64,000 nucleotides of DNA from NCBI RefSeq assembly GCF_009914755.1, contig NC_060926.1, one strand, 5' to 3'. Below are positions 1-12,467 of the stretch, piece after piece (position 1 is the first letter of the stretch; every line of letters starts with the position of its first letter). Both the position numbers and the translations under genes were made by a program. The notes beneath the pieces were generated by a model. The model had not been told where the DNA came from, ran no database searches, and saw only the letters and a list, made by a program, of their open reading frames with translations. The stretch is from the human T2T-CHM13v2.0 reference genome, Homo sapiens.

Positions 1-19
1 ACAGACTGATCTCTAATGG

Positions 20-380
20 GGTAAATATGGTTCACAGGCATATTTCATTTGGCCCACAAAGTGGATTTTTTAAAATAATTTTAAATTTGTTATCTTGAAA
101 AACTAGAAGACATGGTTAGGTGAGCCATGTACCTACATGGAACATAATTATAAGTACATGAGCCTACAGCTGGAGTTCCAATGTTTCCTTCCCTTTTTAG
201 ATGAAAAGTACTCTTTTGTTTGCCACATTCATTACCACTCCCTAACGTCTCCCTGATGATGAAGCCATAGGTGATTTAGAACGTATCTCCATACTCACAC
301 AGATGCTCTCTTAACCATCCATTTCACTCATTTGTATGATTTTCCTGGGCTATTTACACATTTAATTTTGCAAACCCTTC
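20..380. mobile_element. Degraded hAT-Charlie DNA transposon relic (MER102/MER103-like)
   Basis: catatttcatttggcccacaaagtg and a terminal ttttgcaaaccct resemble hAT-Charlie MITE ends; family and bounds uncertain. Confidence 0.35.
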
Positions 381-774
381 CCTACCACATGCTGCTTCTA
401 TTTTCCTACTCAGCAAAATCATTCACAATTATTCCTGCAAAGAACAAAGAAACAAAAAAACATAATGACCACATGCATATATGACATACCTCTGATCCTG
501 TAGTGATAATGTGTATAGCCCTGGAGACATACACGCATTCACAAAGCAGTTCAAGAGACTGGTTTATTTTACTCACTTTTGCATAAGACTCTAAACATTG
601 CTGAAGACCCACTTTTGTATTCCAGTATTCTGAAGGAAAGTGATGACCATGTTGACATTTCTGTCCATTTCTGCTGAGTAAAAGGGGGCCTCCCCTCATA
701 CTCTCTACTGTGTTTTCTAATATCTTTTAGGGAAGATGGGGTAAGAGAATCTATTAGTTTTAAGACACTATTAA

Positions 775-1255
775 AAAGATAGACACATTTGTCCACCCAA
801 AAATGTGTACATGAATTTTATAGTAGCATTATTTATAATAGCCAAAATGTAGAAACCTAGATTTCCATCAATGATAAAAGAAGTATTCTATACTTGTACA
901 ATGGGGTATTATTTGGCAATTAAAAAATGAAGCACTGATGTATACTACAGCATGGAGAAATCCTGAAAATATTATGGTAAGTGAAAGAAACGAGTTGCAA
1001 GCCACTACATATTGTACAATCCATTTATACGAAATGTCCAGAATAGGCAAATTCCAAACAGCCAGATTATTGCCAGCTAGGCTAGGGCTGGGACATTGGG
1101 AGGACATGAGAAATAACTGATACTGGTTATGAGGTTTCTTTTTTCAGTGATGAAAACAACCTAAACTGGATTGTGGTGATGGGTGCACAACTCTGAGAAT
1201 AGTACACTTTAATGGGTGGAAAGTATGTATGTAAATTATATCTCAATAAAAATGT
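775..1255 (+). mobile_element. Old LINE-1 3' end (L1MB-like)
   Basis: Typical L1MB 3' blocks: gcattatttataatagccaaaa, ccatttatacgaaatgtccagaataggcaaa, ggattgtggtgatgggtgcacaactctg; ends tatatctcaataaa. Confidence 0.8.
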
Positions 1256-1314
1256 TACTTCAAAAAGATAAAATAGGATAAGGCTTTTGAAATCAGGAAA
1301 AGGGAAATAATATT

Positions 1315-1510
1315 TTTGGGTGAGCTGCTACGGGCCAGGTAGAGTCTGATGTGTTTTTTTATATATTTTATTCAAGCCTCACAGCAAACCGCCAGGAGGT
1401 TTTATTCTGTCCATTTCACAGATGAAGAAATAAAGGCTCACAGAGATTAGGCTGCCTTACCTCGTCACTTGCGAAGCTGAGTTCTGAACCAGATTTGACT
1501 CTCAAACAGC
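1315..1510 (-). mobile_element. MIR SINE
   Basis: Antisense MIR core ccatttcacagatgaagaaataaaggctcacagag. Confidence 0.75.
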
Positions 1511-1812
1511 CTGCCTCGCCCCACTGCTGCTCAGCAGTCACGCAGCGTTTTCTCCTTCTCTAAAGACAAGGAACTAATAGAGACTTGCCTCCACTGGTTC
1601 TTATTGCCTCATGTGACTATTTAATGATGAGCAGGATACCAACTCTTCTTTCCTAAAGAGCTACCCTGAGCCATGCCAGCTGACTAAACAGTCTTTCTAA
1701 AGTCAAATGGGGCCTTTTTTTCTCAAGGTGACATGAGTGCTTTTCTAAATGCAGAGCTAGACTCGCCTAAAACAATTCTCTGTCTGCTGTCTGTTGGCAT
1801 TTTCTCATTTAC

Positions 1813-1992
1813 CCAATATCCTCCTTGAACTCACCTCTGCTTGCTCCCTCATTCCACATTACAGCTAAAAACATTGTCTAATGCAGTTTTCCCTCCCTAC
1901 CCCACCCCTGCCTATATAAAGCAGCATCCAGGTAGCAGTGAACATGTTTACGCCTCCTAATTCTTTTGTTACACATGTCTCTAATCATTAAC
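1813..1992 (+). promoter_or_regulatory. Candidate TATA-type core promoter/enhancer motif cluster
   Basis: CCAAT 1813-1817, CCCCACCCC 1900-1908, TATATAAAG 1913-1921, TGTTTAC 1945-1951, HNF1-like site 1980-1992; motif evidence only. Confidence 0.25.
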
Positions 1993-2549
1993 ATCGAATA
2001 GTGCTTACAAATTAATTCATATGTACAAATTCCTCACCTGAGCATTCAAAATGCATGAATCAGCATCCAGCCCCAATCACTTTAAGAGGTTACATTAAAG
2101 CACAGATCATTAGGGAGCATGGATAAGGTGAGGAGAAGGGAGAGAGATTCAAATAGAATTCATGTTCCTTGCCTTAAATGAGGATCAGTCTGAGCTATAT
2201 ACAAGTGGGCAGCCAGCAGAGAGCGTCTGGGATACAAGCCATCTCCAAGCCACAGGCACAGCCTGCGTTTACTCACATCACAATCCATTATCTTCCCAGC
2301 CAGGATCCAAATCTTACCTCTACTGAAGCAAGAGCCAACCAGTGACCTCAGCTGGGTCATCAGGACCACTGTAGCCACTTCCAGCCTCAGCTCTCTGATC
2401 TGACAGCCTCAGTCAGCCCTTACTTTCCTCTTTCTGAACAGGGCCAGTGTGCTTCCTCCTGTCTGTCAATATTTAACTACGCTGTCAAGTCACATTACAT
2501 CACCTGCACTAAATCCCACCCAGTGATAGCTAGAGGGTGTGCCTGCTCT

Positions 2550-2740
2550 ATTCAATTCAACTCAGCTAACCTTTATCTAGTGCCTTCCACTCATTCATTT
2601 CTTTCCACATGTACTCAGCACCTACTGCATTTGGCATTGGGGATAGAGAACTGAAAGATCCACTCCCCAGATTCTAGTGGAGGAAACAGACAAAATAATG
2701 TGGTATGTGCTATTGTGCTAGAGCACAGAGTGCAGGGGAC
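2550..2740 (-). mobile_element. L2 3' end fragment
   Basis: tcattcatttc...tactcagcacctactg...ttggggatagag...ttctagtggagg resembles an antisense L2 tail. Confidence 0.55.
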
Positions 2741-5304
2741 ACTCCCATTCCAGGCTGGCTGGGGAGGTATGGAGCAAACAAAGCCAGAGAATTCCCAAAG
2801 ATGGCAACACTTAGAGTGACATCTCTAATGGACCAGGCTATATCAGGAAGACAAAAGGATGATGCATACATGGCCTCTGTCCTCAAGGAGCTTACTCCCA
2901 GCACAGGTTGCTCTATGTTCCTACAGATGAACAGGATTGCTTACATAAATGCCACGGCAAAGTGCAGAATATTAAATCAAAGAGGGCAGCCCTTTCTTGT
3001 TGTTGTTGTTTTTTTGTTTTTTGGTAAGTTGTGTCCTGAACAAAGATGTCTCAACAGTGAAAGCTGGCTGTATCCTATAGATCCCTTGGTGCTACAAATC
3101 GAGGGGGATTCTTCCAAGAGCCGAGAGAGCAGATAAACCCAGTGAATAAAGGAAGTGTCTGTGACCCATTTTCAGGACCAAGAAAAGAAGAATTCAGGTC
3201 ACAGAGTAACATTTTTCTCTGGTCAAAGGAATTAATCTGGTACAAACAGGCTTGGCCAAAGGTAAACAGGGATCTCTCACATGCCCTCCTAATCTCTCTA
3301 TGACTTTTCTAAGGCAACATTTCCTGACACTTAATGAAGTGTTGATGGCTCTTTTAAATAATAGAGATAGATATGCAGAACCACTTGGCATCACTAAAAC
3401 TGCAGCCTTTAACTTCGTCTGTGATCAGAAGCCTCAAAAGCTATTCACTTTGGGATTTTTTTTAAGGTTGAATTTACCACCAAAGCATGGCTCTCAAATG
3501 TACCCATGCAATCCCTTTTCTACCAAAACTTACTGCAGTTTCATGCACCAGAGAACAAAGACCCCCATTTATGTGTGAACATTCAAAGGACCCCACCACC
3601 GGGAAGCCTAAGAGGCTGCCACGGAAAGTCCCGGTATATTTGAATTGCAAAACACAGCCTGGGGATCTCAATACATCTAATTTGGGACATGTTCCAAGCT
3701 CAGGAGCCTCTCTGCATGGAAGCAGCTTTATTAGTCACTTTCTCAGACAATTTTCTAGTTCCACATGCACACTTCCCCAAGTGTTTCCAAGACGAACATT
3801 TACAGTCTGTTGCAATATTTTACTACAAGGTATTTAGGGTTTTGACAAATACTAACTGACATTGCCACCATTCCAGTGAAAACTGATGACCCATAGCTAA
3901 TGCCTGCTTCTTGGTTGTGGCTCAAGACCGTTTTGAGCCAGTCAGTGATTGTAAGCAGAATGACACTCCAGACCTCTCCTTCACATCCTGGAAGCACAGT
4001 TTGATTTCAGCCCATTAATACATTCGCATTGAATGTTGAATCGTCATGAAACTGAAGTGAAGTGAAGCTGCACCTCAGTCAAGCCTGTTCTTTTTTTTTA
4101 AACCAAGACTTATTCAGAACCCTTTTTGCTTACTAACATATAACACACTTGGCATTAGGAATATTATATGTTATTAATTGGGGAATTGTTACTACTAATT
4201 GCCAAATGCCCAGGGACTTCTGGATCCAATTAGAATGGATGTTTGACATTTATCTTGCAATCCCACTAGAAGGACAAGGTGCTATGTGACCTTTAGTTGG
4301 TTTTTAAAGGCAGTTTTAGTAAATTTTAGCCCACATGAAGTAAATTTTTCAAATAATATTATGCATGTCGTGACTGGTGAGATAACTATCAGCTCATGGA
4401 AAATAACTAGCAAATACAACTAACATTTCCAGAAGTAAACCATAAGAAACTTCAACTTTCAAAAGAGAATATTTAAAATGAATTCTATTTATCTCTTGTG
4501 TACTCAGCTTTACAAAATACAAGAAAGGGAAGGTTTTTGTTTGTTTGCATTTTGTTTTCAATAAGAAGTCTTAAAGAGAAGTTCTAAAGCAAGACTAATT
4601 TCTCCAAATCCAATTGAATAATATTCATCCAAGTTAGAAAGCAACTGGTATTGTGCACTCATCATGGCAGAAAAGTATAGATAGAGAACTTGAAGCCACA
4701 GTTAATTTAATGTGACCCTGGGCAAGTCAATCCCATAATTAGGGTCTAAACCTGCTCTACTGAAACTAAAGTGATGGATTGTTTAAGGTACACACCAAAA
4801 CTCATAGGTGTCAGGGAGTACTGTGCCTTTTAAACCCATAGTTATAGGGTTAAGACCCTATAACTTGTCCAGGGTCACAAAAGAGTCCTTCTCAGGCTGC
4901 TGTTAATGCTCTCAATTTTCTCAGGCCTCAGAGGTTTCCCAATCAGTGTGACTGTCAGTGCCAACACCAGAAAAGTCCCTGGCCGACCAAGATGGCCACC
5001 CAACTTGCTACTACTCAGATAATGTCGGAACACCATCTTGGAAGTGATTTCATATTATATGATAAATAATTACGCATCTTGTCTGAGCCAGCAAGTTCTG
5101 ATTCTTTAAAATTCAGTTGACTTTTTGAAATAGCTATCATTTGTAGCCAGGCTTAATAGATGAGTTTTCAAGGTGAGTAAAAATTGTGATGTGAAAAATA
5201 AAATGTTTTCATTAAGTATAGAGATTTGACTTTTTGTGTGGGGTTCAGAAACTAAACCCAAAACAAAAATGTAAAAACCTAGAAGGATTTTACTTGCTAC
5301 TTTG

Positions 5305-5470
5305 CCTTGCTACTCATGGTGTGGTCTGTAGGGCTAGCAATGTAGCCTCATTAGGAACGTGTTAGAAGTAGACGAACCTGGTTGCCCTAAATCTCCTGAA
5401 TCAGAATCTGCATTTCTACAAAATCCCTAGTGGTTCTGAGGCACGTGACAGTTTGAGGAGTCCTGTTTTA
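5305..5470. mobile_element. MER5A (hAT-Charlie MITE)
   Basis: tactcatggtgtggtc...ctcctgaatcagaatctgcatttctacaaaatccc...agtttgaggagtcctg. Confidence 0.75.
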
Positions 5471-6632
5471 GAATTTGTTTAAGCCTAGGGGAAGGGCAAA
5501 CCAGCCTCCATAAAAACACTTGATACAGTCATAAATAAAAAACAGTCTTGCAATTCAAAGCATTTTGACAAAAAAAATGAAAGGCATTGTTGTAATTGAT
5601 GTTTTCTGGGCCTTGTGAATTTTAACTTCAGAGCTGAGAAGGCCATAAAATATAGTTAAACTCTAAATGAGGCCAATGATTAAATGGTTTTCCTACAAGG
5701 GAGCCTTGTTGGATGCCAGGGCCCACTTCAAAGAGTGGAGCAGTCAGTCTGCGGGAATTCCCCTCTATGCACAGTTAGTCACCAACCTCTGTTCCAAACA
5801 TCTCCCTGGTTAGGGGATCAAACCCAGGGTGTTGCCTAGGTTTTAATGGTTTACATCTGAAACATTATCGCACAGGTGAAGAATGGGGATAGAGGGAATT
5901 TCTAACATACAGATTGAGAGGACTATTTTGACTGTGAGATTTGAGAAGTCTAATAAACACCTATGTGGAGAAGAAACTGGTATTTGAACATAGGAGTCTG
6001 AGGCAGAGCCAGTCAGAAAACAGTATGTACGTGAAACATCCTTGGAAAGTAATCAGGGGGGTAGTCAGCTTATGGATTATATCAGAAAATGAGGGAATAA
6101 AAGATTACAATTATAGGGAGAGCATTTCAGGCCTAGATAACACTGGAAACAGATGCCCTGTGGCAAAAGGGAAAAAGAGGGCAGAGCAAAAGAAAGATAA
6201 AAAGAAGTGACAAGCAAAAATTACTAGATGATAAAGTGAAATCAAAATGAATGACAATAACATATAGAGAACTGCAATAGTATGAAGGTTAAAAAGTTTT
6301 CCTTCCTAAAACAGAAGATGCATATTATTGTGGGAAATACAAAAAGAGTCTGAAACCAAATTCTAAATATTTCAAATGGGGAGTCAGAAGAGGACTGAGC
6401 ACAGAGTTTGTATTTGCATGTAAATGGATATTTGGTATGCTAAACAGAAAATGCACAGTCTTCTTTTATGCTTATGGGATAAAAATTCACAGAAAATAAT
6501 TATGCATGTGGCCACAAAGAAAACACTGAAAATTCCCTGAAGTGAACGAGGAAAAGGCAAAAAACACAAAAACTCTCAAGTGCCTTTAAATTAAAAAACA
6601 GTCTTCTAACCAAACCAAGGATAGAAAATGCA

Positions 6633-6922
<290 letters not shown>

Positions 6923-7067
6923 GTTCAAGTTATTTAGACATAAATACAACAATGGAGAACACCTCATATCAAAACTGTGATGCAGTAAAATCCAGAGGAA
7001 AATATATAGCCTTAAATGCTTTTATTTAAAAAAAAAAGATAGAAAATAAATGCATTACACATTCAGC

Positions 7068-7530
7068 CTTCTTAAAGTCTTCCAAAAAAAAAAAAAAAAA
7101 GACATAGAGGGGCTATTTCCAAATTTATTTTAAGAAGCCAGCATCATCTAATACCAAAATCAGATAGAGACACTATAAGAAAACTGCAGGCTAATATCTC
7201 TGATGAACATGGATGTAATAATCCTCAACAAAGTATTAGCCAAATAATTCAACAACACATCAAAAAGATTATACCTTGTGACCAAGCAGGATTTATCCCA
7301 GGGATGCAAAAATGGTTCTAACGATCATACCTTATTCAAGTATGGAAATTCAAATAAAGTATGATCTTTAGTTAATAAGAGTGTATCATTAATTGTGACC
7401 AGTGTACCATACTAATGTAAGATGTTAATAATAGGAGAAACTAGATGAGAGGTATATGGGAACTCTGTACTATCTTTCCATTTTTTTTCTGCAAATCTCA
7501 AGCTGTTCTAAAACCACACAAAAGTCTATT
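7068..7530 (+). mobile_element. Less diverged L1M ORF2 piece joined to an L1MC-like 3' end
   Basis: ctctgatgaacatggatgtaataatcctcaacaaagtattagc ([15 protein letters not shown]-like), then gtatatgggaactctgtactatc. Confidence 0.65.
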
Positions 7531-7549
7531 TTAAATTTTTAAAATAAGT

Positions 7550-7745
7550 AGATAATTTCTGATGGTGATATACAGAACATAAAGTAGTGTAATGCAGTAC
7601 AATGTTCTGGGATTGGGAGGGTAGCCAGGAAAGGCGGTCAGCAAATTTTCCCTGCAGCATTTGAGCTGAGAGTTTTTCATAATGCAGTAGGGAGAGCCAT
7701 GCAAAAATCTCAGGGAAGATATTCTAGCACAGGCACAACATCAAA
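7550..7745 (-). mobile_element. L2 fragment
   Basis: gcatttgagctgag...gagccatgcaaaaatctcagggaagatattctagcacagg. Confidence 0.6.
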
Positions 7746-9936
7746 ACACAAAAGCAACAAAGAATCAATTAAACTGAAAGCTGGTTATTTGAAAAGACAA
7801 ATAAAACAGGTAACTCTCTGTCATTCTGATTAAGGAGCAAACATAAAAGCATACAACATAAAGACTAAGATAACAGACATAAATGAGTAGGAAGACAATT
7901 TGAAAAATGATAAGACTATGTGAGTGACACTGCATTTGAAAATGGGTATTTTTTAAGCAAAACATTAATGACTGAAATTAATACAAGAAGTATGAGACAG
8001 AAGTACACAAAAGAAGGTAAGGTAATAAAACTGTCACTAAAATGTTATAGTTTTAAAATAGGCAAATATAGCATGACAGTCTGATTTTATTTAAATTTTA
8101 AGAAATAGATAATTCCCATGTAATTTAATTTGTCCCAGAAAAGAGCAAAATATAAACATTTTCATAATTAACTTTACTGAGCCAGCAGATCCTTAGCACA
8201 GATAAAGAAACTCTGATAAAACTAGCACAGAAAAAGAAATTCTAATTTCAGTTGTAAAATTAAATAGAAACATTTTAAATAGAATGTTAGCAAATTGTAT
8301 TCAGCCTTGTAAGAAAATCACAATGCAATGTGAGAAAATCACATATGATATGACCGAGCACAGTTTATTTTAGTGATATAAAAATATGTTAGCATTAAAA
8401 AATCTATCAATTAAATTTCTTATATTAATACATCAAGATCACTGGAAATAAGATACATATAAAAGGTTATCATGCTTATTTATACTATATAGTAACAGAA
8501 AAGAAAATTAAAAGCAAAATCCTGAAATTCTGATGCATCTAGGAATAAATTTTACCCAGATAGTTCAAAGAAGACCTATATGAGGAAAATGTTTAAAACT
8601 TGCATATGAATTAACAGTAGAAATAAATGTATATTTGGATACAGGTATTATCATAAAAGTGATGATTGTTCCCAAAGTAATATATAAGTGATATAATTCT
8701 AATAAGAATTACAACAGGATTATTTTTGAAAGAACGGGCACTAGGCAAAAGTCACTCTACAGTTCATGTGGAAGAATAACTATTCAAGAATATTCACAAA
8801 CCTTTAAGGAAGCTTTGTCCTACAAGATATTAAAACACACTTTGAAATACTATCACCAAAACAGTAGCTAATTGCTACTAGTGCAGGGAAAATAAATCAC
8901 TGGCACAGAATAAGAAGTCTAGAACCATGTCCAGAAACAGTGCCAGAAACTTAATTATGATAATATTAATAAAATTTTGATAAAACTAATATTTCAGATG
9001 AGTAAGAAAATCATGTTAATCAGTAAGTTACATTATTCTGTAAATTATATGAGGGTATTTGTTTTGTAGGTGGAAGAACATTTCATTAGAACCCTATTTT
9101 ACACAATGTGCAAAACCCATTCTTGAGGGATTTAAGTTAGAAGTGCAAAACAAAACCCTGAAAAGCAAGAGCATTGTGAAACAATATATTAAATTACTTT
9201 TATAAACTCGGAGTAAAAGAGATAAGATATTCAACTCAGAAGCCATAAAGGGAAAAATAGACATAATTTACATAACTCATCACGTGTTTACACAAAGATA
9301 CTATGAACCAAGCTAAAACACCCAAAATATTTCCAATTTGCACTAGAAACAGACTCCGGTAGAAAAATGGGCAAAGAATACAAACACACAATTTATAAAA
9401 GACTGCAACTGGACAATACGTATTTGAAAATATAGGCTACTATAGTCAGTCAACTACAAATTGAACAATATTTTACCTATTAGATTGACCAAAATTATAA
9501 ATACTAATAGTATCTAAATGTTATTAAAAGTGTTGGGAACTAGGCAGTTGAATACACTGTTGGAGAAAGAATGAAGTTCCTATAATTTTTTTAGAAATTA
9601 ATTTGGCAATATTAATTTAAAATGTACATATGATTGGACCAGCAGTCACTTTTAGGAATCTTTCCTGTGAAAATAAATGCAAGACCACATAGGATTTATG
9701 CCCTCTGCGGGACGGTTATAACAGCACAACACTGGAAAGATTCTGAATAACCACCAGTGGGTGGACAGTTGCAGAAATTATGCCATGTGGAATATTATAC
9801 AGGAGTTACAAAGGGTAAGGCCATTCTAAATACAGTGCCTCAGAAGAAGGTTCATGATAAGATGTTATGTTAAAAAAGCAAGTAAAAACAACAGTATTAG
9901 ATGATTTTGCTTTGCTTTGTTTTAATTTGGAGCTAC

Positions 9937-11402
9937 TTTTTTTTTAATTTCCATTTTTATTTTGGATTCATGCAGTACATGTGCAGGTTTGTCACAAGGG
10001 TATATTGTGTGGTGCTGAGGTTTGAGATTCTAATGATCCTATCACCCCAATAGTGAATATAGTAACCAATAAAAAGTTTTACAGTCCTTCCCCCTCTTCA
10101 TCCCTCCATTTTTAGTCCTTGCCTCCCTCCCTCCTTCAATGTCTACTGTTCCCAGCTGTATGTCTGTGTGCCCCCCAGATTTAGCTTCAACTTATAAATG
10201 AAAATATGCACTATTTGTTTTCTTTTTCTGTGTTAGTTCACTTAGGATAATGGACTCCAGTTGCATCCATGTTGCTACAAGGGACATAATTTTATTTTTT
10301 ATGGCTGCATAGTATTCCACGGTGTCGGTGTTTATGTACCACATTTTATTTACCCAATCCACCGTTGATGGGCACCTAGGTTGATTCCATGTCTTAGCTA
10401 CTGTGAATAGTGCTATGATGAACACATGGCAATACAGTGCATGTATCTTTTTGGTAGAACGATTTCTTTTCCTTTAGGTATATACCCAATAATGGGATTG
10501 CTGGGTCAAATGGCAATTGTATTTTTAGTTCTTTCAGAACTCTCCAAACTGCTTTCCACAGGGGCTGAACTAATTTGCATTCCCACTAACAGTGTATAAG
10601 TGTTCCCTTTTTCTCCACAACCTCACCAATATCTGTTATTTTTTAACTTTTTAATAATAGCTATTTTGACTGATGTGAGATGGTATCTCATTGTGGTTTT
10701 GATTTCCATCTCTCTGACTAGTGATGTTGAGTATTGTTTCATATGTTTGTCAGCTGCTTCTATGTCTTGTTTTGAGAAATACCTGTTCATGTCCTTTGCT
10801 CTTCTTGATTTTTTAATTTTTGTGGGTACATAGTAGGTATATACAATTATCTTTGCCCACTTTTTAATAAATTTGTTTTTTCTTGTTGACTTATTTAAGT
10901 TTCTTGTAGATTCTGAATATTAGTCCTTTCTTGGATGCATAGTTTGCAAATATTTTCTCCCAATGTGTAGTTTGTCTGTTTACTCTGTTGAGAGTTTCTT
11001 TTGCTGTACAGAAGCTCTTTAGTTTAATTAAGTCTCATTTGTCTCCTTTGGTTTTGTTGCTTTTGTTTTTGGAGTCTTCATCATAAATTCTTTGCCTAAG
11101 CCAATGACGTGAAGAGTATTTCCTAGGTTTTCTTCTGGCATTTTTATAATTTGCGGTCATACGTTTCAGTCTTTAATCCATCTTGAGTTAATTTTTACAT
11201 ATGATGAGAGGTAGGGGTCCAGTTTCATTCTTCTGCATATACTTAGCCAGTTTTTCCAGCACCATTTATTGAATAGGGAGTCCTTTCCCCATTGCTTATT
11301 ATTGTTGACTGTTGAAGATGAGTTAGTCATGAGTGTAGAGCTTTATTTCAGTGTTCTCTATTCTGTTCCATTGGTCTATATGTCTATTTTTGTACCAGCA
11401 CC
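9937..11402 (-). mobile_element. 5'-truncated LINE-1 (L1PA15/16-like), ~1.46 kb
   Basis: Poly-T then gtacatgtgcaggtttgtcacaagggtatattgtgtggtgctgagg; ORF 10192-10425 reads as the ORF2 C-terminus (MFIIALFTVAKTWNQPRCPSTVDW). Confidence 0.9.
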
Positions 11403-12055
11403 AACTGTGTATGTGCATGGTTGTTGATACATGAATAAAAAATCTCCCAAATGGGTATAATCTGAGAGTTATCACTGGGTCCTCAAGGTGGATTAAATAG
11501 TGGGGGTGGGGGTGGAGAGGGAGAAGGAAGGAGGAGTGAGGGAAGCCTATTCTTCCTTTCTACAGGTCTGAAATTGTTAAATTGATATCATCAGGAAGCC
11601 AAAATTTTGACCTTATAAATCATATACTAGGAGAAAGGGGGAAAAAGAAAGAGAAAGAAAAAGAAAGACAGAGAGAGAGACAGAGAGTTTTCTAGCTACA
11701 CAATGTTTTCATTTTTCATGGAAATAAAGCTTCATTTCATTTCTAGGGTCATTTTTCCAAAGTTCAAGGAAATATAACATGAATTCAGGTTTCCAGTTCC
11801 AGACCATGTGCTGATGAGACAGATAGGAAACTAGCACTGCATTTAAAAATACTTCAGAATATTGAATAATAATTCCCCTGAAAGCAAATACCCACAGAAT
11901 GCTGCTTTCCTGCCAGGTTGGTCAGTCATACTCTCCATGTTTTATATATTTAAACTGGCCATTTCAAGTTGTCTTCAGATGTGTAACCTACTTCCTGTAC
12001 AGAATTAATTACTGTATGTTGATACAACATTTTAATCATCACCCACTCTGGACTT

Positions 12056-12257
12056 TTAGAGGTAGAAGAGGAGAGAGGTGTAGATAACCGTTTCCAAGGT
12101 ATACAGCTTGGAGGCCCTGAAGGCTTTTTCTTTGATGTGAACTTTCTGTTTCACTGACTCATTCTTGGAGAAAACATTCCGAAGTTGTCGAAGAGGGCAG
12201 CTGGGATCTCTGCAGCTGTAAGCATGAATATGTAGCTTTACGATGCTTGCACAGATA
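12056..12257 (-). other. Candidate terminal exon of an unidentified transcript
   Basis: Acceptor tcctggttctttgtgcctcAG at 12258; 66 open codons to TAA at 12056-12058; ATTAAA at 12031-12036; no recognised homology. Confidence 0.2.
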
Positions 12258-12365
12258 CTGAGGCACAAAGAACCAGGATAATCTGCTTGAGGAGTGGCCT
12301 TTTTGATGGCAGAACAAGGTTTTTGTTTATTTGTAGGAGGCATATTTTATTTGTAGCAATCATAC

Positions 12366-12467
12366 CTATACTTCAGAAGCAAATCCTTCTTCATAATACC
12401 ATCATCAAAGATGGGCAAAGCAATGATGCTGATAAAGAAGTAAGGAAAAACACAACTTCTTTTATCA
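12366..12467 (-). other. Candidate 102-nt exon (phase 2-2) of an unidentified transcript
   Basis: Acceptor ttattgtttgtttcttattttAG, donor tag|GTATGA, only one open frame: DKRSCVFPYFFISIIALPIFDDGIMKKDLLLKY. Confidence 0.3.

Larger units (their letters stand above)
6950..9900 (+). mobile_element. Ancient L1M (L1ME-like) ORF2/3' remnant carrying nested insertions
   Basis: A-rich degraded ORF2 blocks in correct order (catatcaaaactgtgatgcag; aagctggttatttgaaaagacaaataaaa; agaaaaatgggcaaaga; ccatgtggaatattatacag); probably starts near 6100 and resumes at 11403-11600. Confidence 0.65.

Noticed and set aside
2705-3837. 143-, 108- and 116-aa + strand ORFs
   Set aside because: No recognisable domain or consistent splice structure; partly L2-derived; lengths are within chance expectation
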